A DNA stretch of 64,000 nucleotides from the human T2T-CHM13v2.0 reference genome, Homo sapiens. Both the position numbers and the translations under genes were made by a program. This document shows, one piece after another, positions 55,620 to 64,000 of this stretch; within the stretch, counting starts at the first letter, position 1, and each line of letters begins with the position of its first letter. The stretch lies in NCBI RefSeq assembly GCF_009914755.1, contig NC_060937.1. The stretch is one strand, 5' to 3'. Under the pieces are notes generated by a model. The model saw only the letters and a program-made list of their open reading frames with translations. It was not told the origin of the DNA and made no database searches.

Positions 55620-57020
55620 AAAAGATGTTCTTTCCTCATTCTAGCTACTAATCTTGCTGTCTGAGCTTTCATCCATTCCCATTTCTCTAATATTTCATAC
55701 CAACCTTCACTCTCTTTCATACCTAAAGCCTTTCTGCAAACCTTCTTCCCTTCATGTCACAAATCTACTTAATTCTCATTGTTATTTTTAAATTGTAATT
55801 ATCTTTGGTAATTCTTTCTGTCCTAGCTCAGATTTTCTGTATTTTATAAACTTTAAGCTCATCTTCCATTTACTCATTTATTCTCTCTAACATGGTGTTT
55901 ATCCTCATCATGGATAAATTTTATTTTTCTTAATCATGTCCTCCTAGTTGCCAAATACATTTGGCTCTTTTCAAGTCTTACGAGTTTTCAGTAGGTTCTG
56001 GTGACAAGCCTGCTGAAATGAAACTGGTCCTGCCTTGGGCTCCCTGCCAGTCTTCCCTAATGCTCCACCTCCTACCTCAACATGACCCTTCTCTCAGTGG
56101 TTTCCACAGACTCCTTTTCTTCAGTCTAAAGCTGAAATATTGATATGACCAGGGTCCTGCTTGTGGCTCTTTCCTTTATCTATCACTCTCCCTATTCTTA
56201 TCATCACTTGCTGTTTAAAATGTTCCCTGAAAAACATACATATGTTTTAAAATATCCTATAAAATCTACGTTGCCAGACCACACATCTCCCTTAAGATCT
56301 GGACTTCTGCTATCCAAGATGGTAGCCATTAGTCACATGTGCCTATTTAAATGTAAATTAACTATAGTTAAATAATATTAACAATCATTTCTATGTCTTA
56401 CTGGGAAGATTTCAACGGCTCAGTAGCATTCCCTCACTAAAATGTTGATGTTCATCATCTTTTACACGAGCTACAGCAATATCTTTCCAAACGATGTTAC
56501 TGATTTTAGTCATGCATACTTCCTGTTTATCCTCCCCAGTGCCACATACCTAATCTTTCTAACACGCAAATCTCATCAAATCACTTTCTTACTGATAGTC
56601 TCTAAAAGGCTGATAACCATTCACAGGTAAAACACAAACTTATTATGGAATACTGATTACTCCATGATCTGGCTTCCAAGACTGTCCCAGGCAAGTTTAT
56701 TTTACACTGCCCAAAATACCAAACTACTTGGCTACTGTAACTCTAAGCCTCTTATACTGCTCTTTACAGTCTGAGTGCTTTTCCTTCCCTTGGGCGCTTA
56801 GCAACTCCTGCCGGGTTTTAAAATCTTTCTGAAGCATCATAGCCCCTGATGATGTTTCTTTTCTTCCTCTCAATGCACAGTTATATAGCCTTTTTTATGC
56901 ATCTTTATAAACCCTGTGGATCTCTTAGATTTAGAACATTTCTTACTGGTGTGTATATAAGAGATTGTGAAATAAACAGTTCTGCATCAGCATTCAAAAT
57001 TTGTAGGTGAATCAAGGAAT
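55620..57020 (+). mobile_element. Fragmented L2 with nested MER3/MER33-like element (~56307-56428)
   Basis: Pyrimidine-rich L2-like motifs (atctttctaacacgcaaatctcatca...ccatgatctggc); atggtagccattagtcacatgtgcctatttaaatgtaaattaa is MER3/33-like. Confidence 0.55.
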
Positions 57021-57865
57021 TAATGATTATACTCTTAGAGTTTTACTCCGCCATTTTAGATTAAATAAATAGGGTCAAATTGTCTTAACCACTTGCCTAA
57101 AATTGTTTTAGCAATTCCAGTCAATAGCTGTTAAGCTATCAAATCACCTGTGCAAAATACTTTATTTCTTTTTTTTTTTTTGCCTGTTTTTCTTTTCTGC
57201 ACATCTTTACTACTAAGCTTTTGGCAGCTGTATGAGGAAATATAACTGTAATGTATAAATCAACACATGGCTAGCTCATGGCTCAGAAACATGTTTCTCA
57301 TCTTTACTTCCTAAAATCTTCAGAATGGCACAAGACTTTAGTAATTTGCTGATGTTTACAGGGGAATATAAACACAGAGGGAAAAAATTAAGACATCTTA
57401 GAAAGCAATTTGAGTATCTTATAACAGAAGAAGTAGAATTAGTGTACCAGATAACAGGAGAATAAAACATGCATATTAATCTCTACAAAATTATAAAAAG
57501 GGATAGGAGAAAAACTTAGGAATAAGAAAACATTAAGAATAATCACAGATGCTGGTAGAACAACACTAGAATTAACCAGTGAACTGGTCATGAAACTCTC
57601 TCAGTTTGTAAAATATAAAAGTTAATAGAAATAGAGAATAGAAACACAAGGGCCAATATCTATAAAATAGTAGTTGCAGAAAGTAAAAATGAAATAATAG
57701 AGTATAAGGACTATTTTTATTAGTAATGACCAACAACTTTAATAGTTATAAAAAGATGCATAAGACATCAGAAAGAATTCACAGTGTCACACTGGACATG
57801 TAAGAATAACTCCCTTAGGGACAGAAAATATTCTAAAGGAGGAGGGAAAATAGCACATCCCCCAT

Positions 57866-58357
57866 GAGACTGCAACCACACAACTTATTAATAGCTATGT
57901 CAACATTAATTAGTTGTTTATTCCCTAAAAGTTTTGCTCAGAAAAGATAAGATTGTAAACCAATAACCACTATTTGCATATAAATAATCACTATTTACAT
58001 CAATAAATTTCTGCATGTCTGTTTAGCTGAGATAATATTTGCCTACCTGGGCAAGCAGCTCCCTTATTAAATAAGGTTACTTATCAGGACTCTCTTCAGA
58101 AGTCTCTTTTTGCTAAATCCACCAATCATAAACTATTAGGTCACAAAAATTGCCTCATCCTAATCATTTTCCCGCCTTGAAAGATCAACCTGAAACCAAC
58201 TGAGCACAGGCCAGAAAACTCGGTATATTATCCTCCCCCCTTTGGTGACATGGTAAAATTCAGTCCAGGTGACACTCTTCTTTACCGTTGCAAGTTCTAT
58301 TGAACTTAGCTTTGCTTTAGTAGGAGTTTGTATGGTGACATATTTGGTGAGTTCAAT
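57866..58357 (+). mobile_element. MER67-like ERV1 LTR
   Basis: aatccaccaatcataaactatt...ccgccttgaaaga...cttagctttgc...ggtgacatatttgg resembles MER67; sits within old L1-like sequence. Confidence 0.55.
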
Positions 58358-58595
58358 ATATAAAGAATCAGGTTAACATCATACCTCATAACAGTAAATT
58401 TGGAGGCAATAATATAAAGAGGTATTGCTTTAAAAATAGGGAAGAAAAAACAGAAGCTGTAATTTTATATCTTATTAAAATTATTTAAATGCAGGAAGGA
58501 ATAACATTAGTCTAGTGCATATGACCTCAGTTTTTTACTTATAGACCATGTTTAGACATAGAAGTACACTATAAGGAAAGTATGAAGATGAAACA

Positions 58596-58902
<307 letters not shown>

Positions 58903-58909
58903 GGATAAA

Positions 58910-59580
58910 CGAAAAAGTTTTCTCTTATTTAAATAGTCAAGAGATTTTTTTGTCTGTTTTGCTCACTGAAATATACATGGTGCTCAGGAAAGGGTAATAG
59001 AGTAAAATGTTTAATGAACATATCTGTATGTCAAGATTTGTGTTTCAAACATTGGCAATACCATGGTGAATGAGTACCAATGTCCTGCACTCACAGAGTT
59101 TATGATCCAGTGGAAGGAACCAATGAAAATTAGCAAACATAATAATTATAAATTTCTATAAATCCTATGAGGGAAACAAGTTTTAAGATGAGATGGAGAA
59201 ATTTGCAGGAGGAGAAGAGATGAAGACCTGCATGAGGTCAGATGAACAGGGATAGTCTCCCTGAAACATGAGAAATGATAAAATGCTAGCTATGTGAAAA
59301 GGTGCAGAAAAAATCATGATGTTAAAGGAACCAGAAAATTTTGAGGCAGGAGGAACAGGATGCAATCTAGGGAATGACAGAGGGCCAGTTGGCAGGAGTG
59401 CGATGACTAAAGGAAAAAGCGGAAGAGATGAGTCTGCAGAGCTAGACTGTAGCCAAAGGATTCAGGACAAGGACTTTGAAATTCATTCTAGGCATAATAG
59501 GAAGTTACAGAAGGGCTTTGTGTGAGGTAATAACATAATCTGATTTCTGATTTTAAAGATCACTCTCACTGCTGATTAAT
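58910..59580. mobile_element. Two L2 3' pieces tail-to-tail (+ ~58910-59020; - ~59020-59580)
   Basis: tttgtctgttttgctcactg (sense L2 end), then gtcctgcactcacagagtttatgatccagtgg...tgacatgatctgattt-like antisense L2. Confidence 0.55.
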
Positions 59581-60205
59581 TAGCAATTATACAAGCATGG
59601 AAACTAAGAGACCATCTGCCAATAAACCAGTGAGTTTCATCAAGGGTTTACAAGGAAAGTGGACACATTAACATATTAACCCCTAAGATTAAGATGCCAT
59701 AATGACAGACTCTGATGCTAGCACAATATTCATGGGAATTTAAATGTCACATTTTTTAGTTTATTAATGTTTTTACTAGTGCTCTGATTTAACATATTTT
59801 GAGTAATCTTGCTCTAATCCTTATTTCCCCTAGCCCCTATTATTTGGCATAATTTGTAGAATTAGAAGGTTTTTAGGAATATATTTAGATGTATATACGA
59901 TGTAAAAACAAGAACGCGTGCATAAATGTTATTACTACATCAGAAACACTTGTACTTCTTTCACTGTGTTAAAGACTCACTACTTGTCTTGTTTACAATG
60001 AAGGCATAACTTGTCATAAGAAAAACAATATTAAGAAGAAATGTGGGTGAGGGTGGCAATACATTTTACAAATAAGCATTAACAAGATTAGACAAAGAAA
60101 GGAAAATCACCTGTTTCACAAATGACTTATTTAACAGCAAAATATGTTCAGTGTTTCCCACCACAATCAGATCCTGTGGCCCGTAACTGACCTCTGGCTT
60201 CTAAA

Positions 60206-60207
<2 letters not shown>

Positions 60208-60240
<33 letters not shown>
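60208..60240. repeat. (TG)16 microsatellite
   Basis: Directly visible. Confidence 0.97.
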
Positions 60241-60243
<3 letters not shown>

Positions 60244-60769
60244 TGGATGTGCAAACAAAAAAAAAAGACAAAATGCTTAAATTTGGATGCATATATAGAA
60301 TTTTTGATAAATATGTGATCCTTCTATTTTAATAAAATCACTGATACCAATTAGGAGATTATTGCAAATGTAAGAAAAGAAACTATGTGGCTTAGGCATT
60401 GCCGTTGTTTTTGCTGTTGTTGCAGTGGTGGTGGTAGTGTTGTGTGTCTGTGTGAGGGAAAAAGCCAGAGACGAGAGAAGTAATTAGACACAAACTGCAG
60501 AGTAGTGTATTAACAGGGAAGCGTGACAAATTAGAGTCAGGAATGGAAAAATAATAAGTGACGTTGAGACGTCTGGTTAGAAGTTTTGAAAATAATATTT
60601 TGTAGCACCATGAGAATGTTTTCTAAATAGATTTTAAAGTTAAATATTAAAGCACGTAAAATGATAGGAAAATATAAATAAATATTAGTCTATCCTTTTG
60701 ATGGAGAAGAGTAAAAACTGGAGAAATGACTGTGGAAGGCACCCTGTGCATACATAGCATTTAAAAATT

Positions 60770-60938
60770 CTTTTTTTAAATTATACTTTAAGTTTTAGGG
60801 TACACGTGCACAATGTGCAGGTTTGTTACATATATATACATGTGCCATGTTGGTGTGCTGCACCTATTAACTCGTCATTTAACATTAGGTATATCTCCTA
60901 ATGCTATCCCTCCCCCCTCCCCCTACCCCACAACAGGG
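60770..60938 (-). mobile_element. L1PA (PA4/5-like) 3' end fragment
   Basis: ttatactttaagttttagggtacacgtgcacaatgtgcagg...ctcgtcatttaacattaggtatatctcctaatgctatccctcc. Confidence 0.9.
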
Positions 60939-61909
60939 CTTAGTACTACAACCTAACACACAAAATTAAAATACAAAATAACTAGGGAAATTATTCAAAA
61001 TACATATGACAAAGAAGAGTTTATTAAGTAGAAAAGAAAAACCACTAAGATTCCAAGAGTATAATGAACAGTCCCTTTGGAGAAAAGGAAATATAAGTAG
61101 AAAATGTTTGACAAAGCATTCAACTTTGCTGACCTCTAAAAGCTTAGAAATCTACCAATAAGATAAAAGTTATTGTGTGCCATGTGATCAGATTACAGAC
61201 AAAAGAAAACCCAATACTAGAAATGATGCAGTTAAGGAATTTCTTCATAAATTGCTGGTGGTGGCTTAAACTGAAGGGAAATTGGAAATATGTGTATCAC
61301 TCTTTTGAAAGGTTCAAGTTGTTCACCCTAGAAATACCTCCTTCCAGGAACTTACGCTAGAGTTGTGTGGTAAAAGGCAGGTAATATGTGCATAAAAGTA
61401 AACACAATTCTGCTATTAATTGTTGGGAAAAAATAGAGAGACTCAAAAGCTAATAATGGTCAAGTAATTCAATGAAGTTCTGAATATTTATTTAACAAAA
61501 ATGTTCAGGTATTAAAATAATGCATATTGCATTTTACTGTCACAGGAAAATAATCATACTATGATAAGTGGTAGTCATGGTTAAAATTTTAAATGTAAGA
61601 ATGCATCTGTAACAATGAAAAAACTTACACTAAAAAGGAGGTAACTACAGTTATAATTAAGAAAGGTTACATATGGGTAATTGGTGGTTTTTTTTGTTGT
61701 TTAATAATGAGAACATAATATATCTTGATAAAAAATAAACATTCATCACAAAATAAAAGTTTATTTTGTTAAAAGGAACAATCATCTGTCCTTAATAACT
61801 AGCAAAGTCTCTCCGATTTAAAAGATATTTGACTTGTTTTTGATGACTTCGAAAGCTAACATCAAGACTAGTAGGTAGAAATTACAAAGAAAAGCTTGCT
61901 TCTCAACAA

Positions 61910-62103
61910 AAGGTGAACTTTTAATAGTATAATACTTATCCAAAGATTAAATACTTTATCTCAGAGGCTAGATGACTCCCTGTTACCGGCAGTATTCAAA
62001 CATAGAAGCAACAACTTGAAAGGAATGTGGGAGAGAGGATTCAATAACCAGATGGGTAGCTAAACTGGATAATCTTCAGTGAATATTAACACTGTGATTC
62101 TAT
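61910..62103 (+). mobile_element. L3/CR1 or MIR3-like 3' end
   Basis: gactccctgttaccggcagtattcaaac...ggattc...aacactgtgattctat matches the CR1-type GATTCTRT terminus. Confidence 0.5.
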
Positions 62104-63699
62104 TCGTCTCTGCTTTTAACATTGTCGCTGCCAACAAACCATGTGACCTTGAACACTTTACTAACTTTGTCACTCTTTTACTTTTCCATTAGTTATATTA
62201 AATGATCTCCATGCTTCAATCAAGCTATAACTTTTTACTTAATTAAAAAAGTACTATTGTTCTGCTTTGATACATGATTTTTCTGCTCTTCCTCATAGAC
62301 TGGGTGTCCCATCAGTATATACCATGAGGTTTCCAAAGAAACTATCTCCAGAATTCTGTAACTGTTCAGATAAACACAATTAAGAGACATAGTTTCAAAT
62401 GTATTTATTTTATGATAACTAAAAAAAGAAGTTTTTGAACATCATACAGTTAGAATTTTCTAATGTAGCCTTCAGTCTAAACATGTTTTATACGATGCAA
62501 TTAATTTGGCTATTTTTTACTTCTAAAAATAACTACTGTTATATAAAATATGATCTTTCTTTAGATAATATGTATTTTTTAAAAGAATTAAACACATATG
62601 TTCAATTAAGCTGGATTTAGAATTTCTTACTAGGAATACAGTTTTACAAATTCACACATGTATTTTTCTTTGTTATAAAATAATTCATCAAAAATGGTTT
62701 GTTCTGGCATATTCTGTGTTGGATCAGGATGATTTTGCAGGCTGAGGATGTAAAGTCACATAAAATACAATCCCAACAGGTAAATTTTGTGTATATGTAA
62801 ATTATACCTCAAATAAAGCTGTTAAGACAACCACCACCACCAAACCCTGACCAAAGAGAGGACATTATGAGGTGGAGGAGGAGCCTTGTTGACAGTCAAT
62901 GGTAGACACTTTGTGGCAAGGTCTTCAGTTTAGACATGAGCAATGTTTTTGGAGGATTCAGAGGAGAAAGCAGCAAGCTCTATCAGGGGGGTAAGAAATG
63001 CTTGCTGGAGGAGGTGGAGCTTCACCTAAGTATTTAACTATAAGCAGATATTTTCCCAATGACTATACAGAAGCAAGGAATTCTAGGAGGAGGAAGCAGG
63101 ATTCTTAAAGTAATGGAGATGCAAAAGAGATTCCCATTTTATGCTAGTTTCTGCTCCTAAAATAACTGCCTTTGTTTTTCATAACCAGTCCTACCATTAC
63201 ACAACAACTTTGCTGCTGTACCTTTTCAAAATTTTTGTTACTTCATTTAATCCTCTTCTAATTTACTTAGTGACTCTTATTATTTTTACCAAATGGTGAA
63301 CTTTCTACTGATTATAGACATTTGGGAATATGAAAGCACTATTCAAAGTCACAGGAGAAGGCAATACATTTCTGTGGCTCAGATAAGTTTAATAACTCCC
63401 TCACGGTCATACAGCTACTAAATGTTGCATCCAGAAGATGCAGCAAAATATTAGCAATGAAAATGCTGATGGTTTCAGTGAGAAATCAGGGTCAGATGTG
63501 GTAAAAACCTTCAGGCTAAATTCGACCCCACATTTCCTGACGATTTTTGGTCATGGCAGGCAGGAGCAAGAGTTCTAGCAGAGATGCTCCTGAGTGAGGC
63601 TGGTCTCAGAATTTTGTTCTTGCCTTTATTGCTTAAACAACCAGAGTTTAAGACTCAACTTTAACTTCAGGCACCTGTAACAAGAACAACATAATAACA

Positions 63700-63915
63700 A
63701 TAGCAACAACAACAACAAAAATTCCGGAAAACTTACAAGGACTGTTCTAAGTTTCACCTGTATGAACTCAATGAATCTTCAGGAAAACCTTCTTGGGTAA
63801 GTACTATTATTAGTGTCCCATGCAATGAATACAGAGGTTAATTTATTTGACGAAGGTCATGTGGGCTTTGTAAATATGTTCGCTACCTGATGCTCAGTTT
63901 TCCTTATTACCCTGT
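63700..63915 (-). mobile_element. MIR fragment
   Basis: actgttctaagttt...actcaatgaatcttca...taagtactattatt...agaggttaatt...aaggtca. Confidence 0.55.
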
Positions 63916-64000
63916 ATTACACATTTAGACTTTTATTCTGTTACTGAATGGCCATTCAGTTTCCCAGTGGCTAGGTTTTTATTATGTTCTGCAATTCTCT

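Overview
AT-rich, repeat-dense primate (very probably human, chr13q13) genomic DNA inside the TRPC4 gene, which is transcribed from the minus strand. Two exons are supported. The first coding exon spans 50841-50437 (27 nt of 5'UTR plus codons 1-126, ankyrin repeats). The next exon spans 13938-13420 (codons 127-299, fourth ankyrin repeat, His/Cys Zn-binding motif and helical linker). They are separated by a 36,498-nt phase-0 intron. The rest is intron containing Alu, L1, L2, MIR, LTRs, DNA-transposon MITEs and microsatellites. Repeat family names were assigned by eye from remembered consensus sequences and many boundaries are approximate. I found no convincing novel multi-gene system. The most notable structures are: a young L1PA insertion with a twin-priming 5' inversion and an apparent ~200-bp 3' transduction; two upstream AUGs within 12 nt of the TRPC4 start; exon lengths that keep back-spliced circles in frame; a 301-bp tandem duplication that captured the tip of a THE1 LTR; a three-armed Alu; and an old diverged duplication near the first coding exon.
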